Positions 13,221 to 24,435 of a stretch of DNA of 64,000 bases are shown one piece after another. Both the position numbers and the translations under genes were made by a program. Below the pieces are notes generated by a model, which saw nothing but the letters and a program-made list of their open reading frames with translations, did no database searches and was not told where the DNA came from. The stretch spans positions 1,116,001 to 1,180,000 of the forward strand of contig CM074817.1 in NCBI GenBank assembly GCA_037447605.1, in the 5' to 3' direction. Positions within the stretch are counted from its first letter, which is position 1. Every line of letters starts with the position of its first letter. This DNA comes from Zygnema circumcarinatum SAG 698-1b (Eukaryota; Plantae; Zygnematophyceae).

Positions 13221-15951
13221 GAACTTCCCCACAGAACCCGTTCAAGTCATCCTTGTGTCATCGCCTCTGAAAACATTAACTTGTGCTCTCTGCAAAGTCT
13301 CTGACTCCGTCTTCACGACCCTACGCAACCTTCAGCCTGCAAACGCTGAGCCCTCAATCTCTAAGACCTTCCCTACATCCAGTCTACCTAAAATCCCATA
13401 AACCCTGAACCCCATAAACCCCCAGAGTTTCTAAGTTCTTTGAACTCATATATGCCCCTAAACGGCTCGAATTGTAAGGCCTAAAACCTTAAACCCTAAA
13501 CACTAAACCCTAAACCCTAAACCTTATTTGTAAACTATAACAACAACACTGCAGAAAATTGAGTCCAATCTCACGCATGCAAAACTGAGCGTTGTTGTGC
13601 GTCAATAAATCCCACGCCGTGACAGAAGTGACCAGCCATGTGGAACAAGAACATGCGAACAACTCTCGTGCAAGCGCGAATCTAATGCGACAGTTTGAGA
13701 GGTACGAATGCTTTTTGCCGAGAACCAAAAAAATTCAAACTGCAAACACAACGTTATCGATGCAGCGGTGCTTACAAGAAGGAGAGCATGGTGAGCTTAG
13801 AGATGAACCCGGACACTCTCCCCTCCAATTTGTTGTCGCTCAGGTCCCTACAGACACACACCACGACAAAAATCACAACGAAAAGCTGCTCATGGTCTGC
13901 ACAGAGGTTCGAACCAAAGCAGGCATGCAACTCCAAGTTCTATGGGCCGAAGAAAAAGAAGGAGCCACGAACATGAACATGAACATGCACATGCACATGA
14001 ACATGCACATGCACATGCACATGCACATGCACATGAACATGAACATGAACATGCACATGAACATGGACATGCACATGCACATGAACATGCACATGCACAT
14101 GCACATGCACATGCACATGCACATGCACATGCACATGCACATGCACATGCACATGCACATGCACATGCACATGCACATGAACATGCACATGCACATGAAC
14201 ATGCACATGCACATGCACATGCACATGCACATGAACATGCACATGCACATGCACATGCACATGCACATGCACATGCACATGAACATGAACATGCACATGC
14301 ACATGCACATGCACATGAACATGCACATGCACATGCACATGCACATACACATGCACATGCACATGCACATGCACATGCACATGCACATACACATGCACAT
14401 GCACATGCACATGCACATGCACATGCACATGCACATGCACATGCACATGCACATGCACATGCACATGCACATGCACATGAACATGCACATGCACATGCAC
14501 ATGCACATGCACATGAACATGCACATGCACATGCACATGCACATGAACATGCACATGCACATGCACATGCACATGCACATGCACATGCACATGAACATGC
14601 ACATGCACATGCACATGCACATGCACATGAACACATGAACATGCACATGCACATGAACATGCACATGAACATGCACATGCACATGCACATGCACATACAC
14701 ATGCACATGCACATGCACATGCACATGCACATGCACATGAACATACACATGCACATGCACATGCACATGCACATGAACATGAACATGAACATGCACATGC
14801 ACATGAACATGCACATGCACATGCACATGAACATGCACATGCACATGCACATGCACATGAACATGCACATGCACATGCACATGCACATGAACATGCACAT
14901 GCACATGAACATGCACATGCACATGCACATGCACATGCACATGAACATGCACATGCACATGCACATGCACATGCACATGCACATGCACATGCATGAACAT
15001 GCACATGCACATGCACACATGCACATGAACATGCACATGCACATGCACATGCACATGCACATGCACATGCACATGAACATGAACATGCACATGCACATGC
15101 ACATGCACATGCACATGCACATGAACATGCACATGCACATGCACATGCACATGCACATGCACATGCACATGCACATGCACATGAACATGCACATGCACAT
15201 GAACATGAACATGCACATGCACATGCACATGCACATGCACATGCACATGAACATGAACATGAACATGAACATGAACATGCACATGCACATGCACATGCAC
15301 ATGCACATGCACATGCACATGCACATGCACATGAACATGAACATGCACATGCACATGCACATGCACATGCACATGCACATGAACATGCACATGCACATGC
15401 ACATGCACATGAACATGCACATGAACATGGACATGCACATGCACATGAACATGCACATGCACATGCACATGCACATGCACATGCACATGAACATGCACAT
15501 GCACATGCACATGAACATGCACATGCACATGCACATGCACATGCACATGCACATGCACATGCACATGCACATGCACATGCACATGCACATGAACACATGC
15601 ACATGCACATGCACACACATGCACATGAACATGAACATGCACATGCACATGCACATGCACATGCACATGCACATGCACATGCACATGAACATGAACATGC
15701 ACATGCACATGCACATGCACGTGCACATGCAGGATTAGATTAAGGCCGCGGCCCTCTTCAATGGCACAAACAGAGGCCACTCCGCGGGCAGGCCGCCTCT
15801 CCCCTTTCATAGAGGGCGGGCGGGCGGGCCGCGGTGGCTCACTGTCTCGCGGGTCCATGTCCTGAGCTGCGGCTTCGCGCGGGGCGGCGGCGGCGGCAAA
15901 GAGGAGGACCGCCGCCGCCGCCGCGAGAGAGAGAGACCGCGCGCGCGCCAT
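12135..15951 (-). CDS. Truncated LRR-EGF-like-TM receptor gene (signal peptide, 1 LRR exon, LRR+Cys-rich/EGF exon, TM exon; no kinase in place)
   Basis: Inferred exons: 15951-15843 (MARARSLSLAAAAAVLLFAAAAAP..., signal peptide), 13847-13776 (72-nt LRR DLSDNKLEGRVSGFISKLTMLSFL), 13161-12845 (CGGRGTCGHATRTCTCEAGY), 12284-12135 (TM VPIVVPIAVSVGLILAAALVVFVWW then RRRK). Paralogous to 59235-63699. Exon 1 and the LRR exon are phase-incompatible, so it may be a pseudogene. Confidence 0.75.
13483..13525. repeat. Short degenerate plant telomere-type (CCCTAAA)n tract in an intron
   Basis: CCTTAAACCCTAAACACTAAACCCTAAACCCTAAACC; a similar tract lies near 63812-63838. Confidence 0.6.
13970..15731. repeat. 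Hexamer satellite (ATGCAC)n with ATGAAC variants, about 290 units
   Basis: Directly visible, with phase slips near 14632, 14991, 15016, 15590 and 15613. Confidence 0.99.
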
Positions 15952-16162
15952 CGCGGCCAAGCGCCCGCCGGAGACAGGAGGGGACAGGACGCGGAGGCGG
16001 GCAGCGGCGAGGGGAGGGCGGGGAGGGGAGGGGAGGGGAGGGCAGGGGCCTGCACTTTATGGGGGCGCCCTCCGCCATGGTTTCCGGGGGGCCACGCGGC
16101 GCGCCCTCATTCGCTGCCCGAAATTTATCCTGCCCGATGGTGGCAGGATCGTCTGTAAGGCA

Positions 16163-16984
16163 TATAGATCCGTATTATACACTTTGAGGTTCGATACAAT
16201 GTATAATACAGTATTAATACTGTATTATACACTGTATAATACCTTAACGCAACTGTTAACAGCCGTACAATCGGAACATAGAACCGTACGGAAATTATGT
16301 ACGGAATGGGTGTACGAACGTGTACGGACCAAGTCACACGTGTTGAGTGTTTGGCAAGTGACGTGACTTGGCAAGTGCTGGAATTTCAATATTATAATCA
16401 AATTTTGTTCAACTAACCACGAAAATAAAAAAAATACGTTAAATACATTAAAAATACACTGTATTTTTAAAATGTTGTATAATACGCATCGGTTGCTTCG
16501 TGTTTTAGGCTGCCCTTTCGGCGTTGCATCTTATGTTGATCGTTTTGTTGATGATGCTTTGGTTGAGGATACGTCTCAGGTCGATGAGCTTCCACATCTT
16601 TCAGATCCTCAGGTGGCTTTTTCTTTGCTTACTCGTTGTTTTGCTTTGCGTCCGTCATACCTTTTGCGAACTCTCCCTCCTAACCCTGCTTTCCTTGAGT
16701 CATTGCAATCTTTCGATGAGCNNNNNNNNNNCCCTCCTCGCGACGTGCCTCACATCGGTGACCTTCGCGGCTGCTTCTAGGGCTGCGTTGTTGTGCCTAG
16801 GCGTAGTTTTCCGCTCCTAGCTTCGTTTTATTGTGTTTCGGTCCTTTGTGACCAGTCCTTCGTGGTTCCACATTTTGCCTTTATCCATGTAAATTTGATG
16901 GCCTCGCCATCGCGAGTTCAATGAAAGTTTGCGTATGTATTATACAGTGTATTAATACACGCGTTTGATACATACGGATCTATA
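16163..16984. mobile_element. Non-autonomous DNA transposon, TATAGATCCGTAT TIR family (copy B)
   Basis: Same 13-bp TIRs as 2611-5598, perfect 8-bp TSD GTAAGGCA (16155-16162, 16985-16992), shared right subterminal ACACGCGTTTGATACATACGGATCTATA. Confidence 0.9.
16484..16721 (+). mobile_element. Fragment of non-LTR retrotransposon RT C-terminal region (CRE/R2-like), inside copy B
   Basis: LRVLGCPFG...LPHLSDPQVAFSLLTRCFALRPSYLLRTLPP resembles, from recall, the post-RT LG.P.G / DPQ.A..LL..C / YLLRT.PP region of such elements. Cut by a gap. Confidence 0.5.
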
Positions 16985-18455
16985 GTAAGGCAAGGCTTGT
17001 CGACATGGTTGTACTTCAAGCCAGCTGGCTTAGTTGGCTCTGGATTTGTCGTACAGTACTGTAGTGGTCTATCGACACGCTGCCAGCTGGCAGTGTCGTC
17101 GTGGTTGCATTGAGACGGCGGAGAGAGTCGGTCTCTAAATTCAGGACAAGATCGTCTCGTCGATTGTGCACGCCATCGTGCTGTCACCCCACTGGATGTA
17201 CGGTGGTCGGTGCAATTCGTCCTGTGCAACGGAAGGCTCGAATCTTTGCACAATTGAGTTGTCGTTAGCGCCACGTCGACAGCGAGCCGTAGGAAAAAGG
17301 GACTTCGATATGTTGCAAAGTTCCATGTTCGCCTAGTTACCGTTAAACCAAACAGTTCCCAGATCGGCTCACGAGTGTGGGGGTCACATGCCCGTTGTCG
17401 CGCGACCAAAGGCCATGATATTGGAACCAACCAACCAACCAACCAGCCAATCAACCAACAAACCAGCCAATCAACCAGCCAACCAACCAGCCAACCAATG
17501 AGTTGCCAGCCATTCACTTGCTGTGGTATGAACCATGAGACCATGACATTCGAACGAACCAGCCAACCAACAAACCAACCCTTGGTTCGCCAACCATTCA
17601 ATTCATGGTTGTCTTGGGCGCAACAAACCAATCTTCGCAACCATTAGCAACGGTCGACCATTGGGCCCAATGCTTAGCACCCACTAGCAATGGGTTGTTG
17701 GTTCAGCTGTTGGCTCAGTTCAGAATTTGGTGACTATTGAAGAAAGTCAACGGAAACGTTGACCGGCGAGCCGCTGCTTAGTTGCATGATGTTGTTGGCC
17801 CGTCCTATACCGCAGCGCCCGTCCAGTTACACATGGAGCGCCTAGTTGGCAGGGACGGACAAATCCAGGACTATTTTTTTTTGCAAATCAGCATCCACCA
17901 GCAAGCATTCGCCACGTGTACGTATGATTGTTACACGTGCCACTTCCTCATTGGGTGATGCTCTGCCGCTGCCTAAACAGGCCCCTCCCAATAGTGCCTC
18001 TCCGCCGCCTCCCTCTCCGTCCCTCCCTCCCAAACTAGGCAGACTGGCAGATTGACTGACAACCTGGAACTGATACTGAATTTGAAACTGTCTGAGCATG
18101 GAAACAATTCCATGACACAACTTCTTGTTATTGAGATTTTATTTTCTATTGGTGTCATAATCTTGTATCGTGGATTGTTTTCCGTGTCTCGTGCATCCCA
18201 TTTGTTTGTTCCAGAGTGAGAACAAAACGAGCATTTCTATGCTACTGACCTCAACTAAATACTTTTCTCATCTAGCAAAACAAAGTCCCTTAGTCGAAAA
18301 ACATGACTGAAGCACATCACATCACAATGACCCTACGGATCCAAGGAGCTCGTCCGACGCAAAACGTAACTGACCCTCACCATGTAAACCCTAAAGTACT
18401 CGTCAACCTTCCTGCCCACCTAACGTGGGAAGCCACCCCCTTTTCCATCCCTAAT

Positions 18456-20370
18456 CTAACTCCCCACTTTGAATGCATCCACGTAGAGGCCGTAGATGAA
18501 GCCGGCCTTCCAATAGTTAGAGAGCTGCAGAACATAGCGAATGAACTTCATGAGAGGCCGATCGCTCCTTATCGGAAATTTGTACAACAACGTTCCTTGC
18601 AGCTCCAAGATGGCCACTATGAAACCGGCGACCAATACATCCCAGTCGCCTGTTTGACCGATAATGGTCGAGATTGAGTTGGCGCTGAAGAAACCCAAAA
18701 GCAGGAGGAAGACCTTCACCCAAAGGCCTCTCCTTACATCCTCCCATCGATCCTGCTCACACAACATTTGAATTTTGTCATGACACTGAACCTTTACAAT
18801 AGAAGGACGACAAGTTTATGGGGATTCTACTGAAATGCTAAATCTGCTTGACGTCTCAGCAGATATAGTAAATAAGTCTATAAATTCACTTAACCTGAGG
18901 GATATCAGTTCGGCGCACATGTGATGCCTAATCACGCCAGTAAAAATCAATACTTTCCTGCAGAGTCAAAAAGCTTGTCCGACTCAATGACAGAATGAAT
19001 GTCAATCAGGAGATGCAATACACAAGCATCATGATGCCCTTTCTATCTCGCTCCGTCACACGCATCCCTTCCTCGTTCTCATCCCCTCCAACTCCCTCTC
19101 TCTCGCTCCTCACCCCTCTTTCAAAGCTTCTCTTGACCCTGCTTTCTTTCATCTATCTCCAACAAACCTGAAGCTTCAAGATAGCGTCGCTGAAGAGTCT
19201 TCCAAGCCGAGTCCTCCCTCCCCTCGTCCCTCCTCTCACTCCCGCTACTTCAGTTGAGAAGTCATCGGATGGCACAGGTATGGGTTCACCGGGTGCTCCG
19301 CTTAGAGACGCTCTCACGATCACATACCTATTCCGTTTCCATGTAGTCTGTGAAGTTCTGCAGATGCACAACATATCGAGGACTTTAGTACGTTTGGGAG
19401 GGGGAGGGGGATGGGGAGGGGGATGGGGAGGGGGATGGGGAGGGGGTGGGGAGGGGAGGGGAGGGGAGGGGAGGGGAGGGGGGAGGGGAGGGGAGGGGAG
19501 GGGAGGGGGAGGGGAGGGGAGGGGAGGGGAGGGGGAGGGGAGGGGAGGGGGAGGGGAGGGGGGAGGGGAGGGGGAGGGGAGGGGAGGGGGAGGGGAGGGG
19601 GAGGGGAGGGAGGGGAGGGGGAGGGGGAGGGGAGGGGGAGGGGAGGGGGGAGGGGAGGGGGAGGGGGAGGGGAGGGGGAGGGGGAGGGGAGGGGAGGGGA
19701 GGGGGAGGGAGGGGAGGGGGAGGGGGAGGGGAGGGGAGGGGGGAGGGGAGGGGGAGGGGAGGGGGAGTCGGGAGAGAAGGGGACGATGAGGGGGAGGGAA
19801 AAGAGGGAGGGAGGGAGGGAGGGAGTCAGACCTCGGAGAGACGAAGCAGATTTCTTGACAACTTCCGTTCCGTTTCCCTGAACTAACACACAAGCATAGT
19901 AAACAGGGGTCTTAGGTAGCGTTTTCAAAATGTACAAAAAGACCATAACTGATCTTTTTCAATTACTTCAATCTTTTCTTTCGATTTCTGTTTTGACATT
20001 GATTTAATTGATGAAATTGTTGGGCTTTCAGGATCCAAGGCTTCCAAGAATTTGGAGCTTCTGTAACTTCATCACATCAATTTCTAGACCTTCAAGGCGG
20101 TTCAGATTTATTTCCTTTCGAAAAATTGCAAGATTTTCTTCCTCCAAACTTACCGAGAAGCAATCGACTCCTCCTCCGGGAGATCAGACTTTTACGAAAA
20201 TTTGATAAAACCCTCGCTTCAATCCGAACCCTAAAATCACTATTGTCTCTGAACTCCCCCAAATTGGAAGGAAATACCGAACTTGCGGAGAAGCTTCCTC
20301 CGTCCACTCCTGACATCAGCAAGGAGGACGTCACACGTGTGGGCTGCAGTAAGGACAGAGCCGCCGCCAT
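18456..20370 (-). CDS. ycf20: Ycf20-like (DUF565) plastid-targeted membrane protein
   Basis: Phase-consistent GT-AG exons 20370-20154, 19877-19832, 19357-19168, 18752-18456. Ser/Arg-rich N-terminus, GRTRLGR, then GQTGDWDVLVA and WKAGFIYGLYVDAFKVGS*. Confidence 0.9.
19396..19825. repeat. Pure purine (GGGGA/GGGGGA)n tract in Ycf20 intron 2
   Basis: Directly visible G-run low-complexity tract. Confidence 0.95.
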
Positions 20371-21327
20371 GGTGCGTCGGCTGCAAGGTTCAGGGTTTTA
20401 GCTTCAGGGTTTAGGTCGAATCTAGGGTTTCGCTCTGGAGGAAGAAGACCAATTAGGGTTCAATAGGGAGCCCAGCGCTGGGCTCTTCGGCACTCAGGAA
20501 GGTATTTGGCGGAAGCGACTGCCTACCCTCGAAAGCCCAAATCCTAAACCCTAAACCCAAGGGGCGCGCCTCCTGACGGCATGGAGGAATGGAAGCAGAG
20601 CAGGCGAAAGGGCCTGCATTGAGTTCACGCGTGATGCGCAGAGCGTTGCTAACCGCTCCAATCTGACCGCCGCTCATCAATAGTCACAAAAAAAACAGAT
20701 TTGGCAATGATCAGGGAGGGAAAGGAGGTGCAGGAAGAGGAGCTAGAAGCGGCAGATTTGACCCTCCTGCAGCGCATGATTTTGCAAGCGGTCTGGGCAC
20801 ATGCGGCGGTTGTGGAACGCATGAAGGGCTGCATAGAAGCCCCTGAGGACCTTTATGGAATGCAGATTGGTGCAAGTGTTTTGGGACTCTTTGAGCCGTT
20901 TAGAAATGAGGAACGCGGAATGAATAAAGCGTTTCCTGTACTGGATTTTGGTAGAATCATCGTCTGCAGCTCTGCCAAGATGCAAACAGACAGTGTTCGA
21001 AAGTCAATAGGAGCTAGAAGTCAATAATTTTATTTTCAGCAATTGAAGCGAGCTGGCATGGGAATGGTTTTTAGATTTTTACTTTTGCATAGTACTTTTT
21101 CCAACATTTTGCAAGATTTCAACCAACTAGGGTCAAAACTTGTCAAACTTGAAAAAACTCCGAGCGAGGACGAGCTCGAAATTAGTACATTTTTTCTAAG
21201 GAAGGCGAGCAAACGCGTACTGTTTTCGAAACAAATCCCGGAGCGAAACTCATTGACTGGCCCTAGCGCGCTGAAGCAGGAACAGGGAGAATTACACTCT
21301 GGAGGATTGGCATGGCATGAGCGCCGT

Positions 21328-21402
21328 GTTGATGTGGATGTGGATGTGGATGTGGATGTGGATGTGGATGTGGATGTGGATGTGGATGTGGATGTGGATG
21401 TG
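21328..21402. repeat. (GATGTG)n microsatellite
   Basis: About 12 units visible. Confidence 0.95.
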
Positions 21403-21880
21403 GTACCACCGCCCTTTGGTTTGGTTTGGTCCACCTTCGAGGCACATTGCTACTTATGACACAACTTGAACAACAACTTAATCTTGTCAATCTCAGCTTC
21501 TTGCTACTTCCCCTCATCTCAATGGATACATGATACCCCCTTTCAAACATGGCATCGGTCATTGTTTGGTTTTGCCATATCAGTTTACATTGGTTCGATT
21601 TTTTTTCTTTTATTTATGTTCATAAACCTGATGGCGTCAACAATCTCGAGATGAATGCCTGTTCACTCTCACGATCCCATGCATGCATGCATGCGTTGTC
21701 GAGCATCCATCCATACATGACATGCATCCATCCACACATCATGCATGCATGCCATGCCATGTCATGGGTGGATGGATGCATGGTATGGCCTCGTCTCCCG
21801 CGTGCCAAATTCAAACGCCGCCCTTCAAAATGCGGGCGAGCAAGATGCGCGTTCCGCCTCCGTCTGTTCTCTACCTGCCG

Positions 21881-21980
21881 TTGGGATTAGGGCAAGGATT
21901 AGGGTTAGGAATAGGGTAAGAGTTAGGGTTAGGGTTAGGGTTTGGGATAGGGTTAGGGCGGGTTACAGTAAGATTAGGGC
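21881..21980 (+). promoter_or_regulatory. Degenerate TTAGGG/telo-box-like array directly upstream of the SCE1 start codon
   Basis: Repeated (T/A)TAGGG units, including three perfect TTAGGG at 21923-21940, ending about 30 bp before the ATG. The regulatory role is inferred. Confidence 0.45.
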
Positions 21981-22007
21981 AGGAGCTTTTCAGCCTAACT
22001 GGCGTCC

Positions 22008-24435
22008 ATGGAGAACATCGCGAAGGGGCGGCTGGTGGAGGAGCGCAAGGCATGGCGGAAGAATCATCCGCATGTCAGTGCATGCTCCCTTACAGCTCCT
22101 GCACACCCTCTTCGCCCCCTTGTGTTTGTATTCTATTTCGATGACTAGACAGCGCAGTAAAAGGGGGTCCAGTTAGAGAAGTCAAGGATTGAAAACTACA
22201 CCAGGAATCAGGGAGCCGTCTCACCGTCTATTAACTTTTCTTGACTGTCCATGCTATTGCTGCTGTCCTTTTTGATAACGCGTGCGTGCCCTAAAATCCA
22301 TGGCCTGAAGTTGGGAAAACCCTTGAAGCCTGTTGGCCCTGATCTCTGCATGAATAAGCAAACGTTTAGTCGCCAATCACCATTTCTGCCCGGACAGAGT
22401 AATATTTTCATCGCCGCATCAGCAACAGCGTCGATGCAAGATTGGATCATTAGTGAAGGCCAAGGAAGAGATGACGACTCAATTTATTGTCGGCTGTCAT
22501 GTTTTTTTGGCATATCACTAAAACCGAACGATATCCAATCGTGATCCATTTCTATGTGCAGGGATTCGTGGCCCGCCCTGAGATTGCTGGTGATGGTTCA
22601 ACTGATTTGATGACATGGAAGTGCATCATTCCCGGGAAGAAGGACGTGAGTACAACCTAGACCTTTCACTGCAGGGATAAACTAGGAATTTCCTGGACGG
22701 TCGCAATTGCCCAATTCGTCCCATCCATCTGCACAAGAATTGGTCGCGAAAAAAATGGACGTAGTTATCCTGTTAAAAGCTTGCACGCTTGCAACAATCA
22801 TATGTTTTCTAACTATAGAGGAAATCCTGCTCCGGTTTTGCTATTCGTGAAAAGAGACCAAGGCTATCGTATGTCCTTGTGATTCTTTTTGTGACGCTTT
22901 TTTGGCTGTTTTCTATGCAGACTGATTGGGACAACGGATATTTTCCAATCACCATGCACTTCAGCGAAGATTATCCGTCAAAGCCGCCCAAGTGCAAGTT
23001 CCCTCCCAATTTTTTCCATCCAAACGTGTACCCTTCTGGCACAGTCTGTCTCAGTATTCTTAATGAAGACTATGTAAGTCGTGAACAGCGCCTCTTTCTT
23101 CAATTACTGCAGCATTGGATTCTCTTGGAAACAACAAATGACTCTCATTCTGAGAGTTTTTTTTTTGTGCATATGCCTTTGCGCGATTCCCATTACCTTG
23201 TACCTTAAATCGCTCTTGTTTGAGAAGCAAGATGAGAGTGTTTACAGACATTGAATTGTCGCAGGAACTTTGCATTACACCTTGATGTTGTTGTATGAAA
23301 AGGTTCGAGGTCAACCAGTCAGTATTGGATACAAATAGACTAGAATCAGGAGATTCTTTTCAAGTAGTGACTATTGGGGAAGTCTCTGGAGGTAGATTTT
23401 AATTCCAACAGTTTTTCTTTTTCATTTTTCTGGTGTCTGCTTCCCTGGCTGAATCCAGCTTGTTGCCCGGATTATGACGATTCTGCAAAAGGTTTAGCAC
23501 TGAAAGGCTGATGTTATATGTAAAAATCCCGAAACTCAGTCAGTGTGTCAATCGTGTCATTACGCGATAGCAGGATTTGTGTCTGTGTATTAATGCTTTT
23601 GAAGAATGATTGTTTCTGAAAGAATGAATGGCTGTTTGTGGTACAGGGCTGGAGGCCAGCAATTACCGTGAAACAGATCCTGGTGGGCATTCAGGAGCTC
23701 CTTGACCAGCCCAACCCGAATGATCCTGCTCAGACGGAAGCTTACACTCTGTTCATTCAGGTATTGTGCTTTCCTCCTCATGTTCAATGGTGTAAGTATG
23801 TAAACTGACATGAGCTAGTATCATGCCGACATAAAGCTAGCTGCAGTAGTTTGTTTGGGTGTTTGGGTGTTTGGGTGCCATTAGTGGGCAAGCGAAGGAA
23901 CGAGTGATCTTGAACGTAAATAAGTTGTTGTCATGAATTTAGAACCTACGGCATTTTCACCACCTTATTGGGTTGTTGAGTATGCCTTGCGACGTTTTCC
24001 AGACGATTCTCTGCGCCTGTTTAGCCCCTACGTGTACATATAGTGACAGTGCTAGTAATTTTCCTTCAACTCACCATTAAGTACGACTTAGTCGTGTATG
24101 CAATGGGGAATCACGTGGCTGAACACTCCCATTGCGAAGAGTGGGGGGAGAGACTGAACTTGTAATGAACCGCTTAGCACCATAGATTTTCCTTCAGAAG
24201 ATATCAGTGCAGTCTTGCTGGATGGAACATGGAATTGCGCGTTAAGTCTCCTTTACAGCATCACCAGGTTCTCCAATTGTCTAATGAAGTCCTCGATGTT
24301 AATCATACTTTCTGATCAGTCGTTCTTTCTCACTTACACTTCACTGAAGTGCCTGATTCAATGCTTCAGGACCGAGAAGAGTACAACAGGAGAGTGCGGC
24401 AGCAGGCTAAACAACATCCCTCCAATATCAGTTAG
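22008..24435 (+). CDS. SCE1: SUMO-conjugating enzyme E2 (UBC9/SCE1)
   Basis: Exons 22008-22073, 22562-22645, 22921-23073, 23647-23760, 24370-24435, all phase 0. [46 protein letters not shown]. Confidence 0.97.

Noticed and set aside
13970-15731. CRISPR-like or coded repeat array
   Set aside because: No unique spacers; only single-base variants of a hexamer in a eukaryotic intron.
13592-15960. Very long His/Met/Cys-rich ORFs (348-695 aa) as a metal-binding protein
   Set aside because: The hexamer satellite has no stop codon in any frame, so long ORFs appear on both strands. Only the short flanking exons look genuine.
11722-18677. Two paralogous 124-aa plus-strand ORFs (11722-12096, 18303-18677) as a new gene family
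   Set aside because: They are antisense shadows of the Ycf20 last exon and 3' UTR; their similarity is explained by the duplication.
19153-19946. Pro-rich/extensin-like or Gly-rich ORFs (also 26367-27829, 47174-48645, 53901-54362, 58744-59355)
   Set aside because: Translations of GA/CT low-complexity tracts lying in introns or intergenic DNA.
20701-21027. 108-aa ORF divergent from Ycf20, with faint resemblance to the 49394 ORF
   Set aside because: Short, no recognisable domain, and the similarity is too weak to support by eye.
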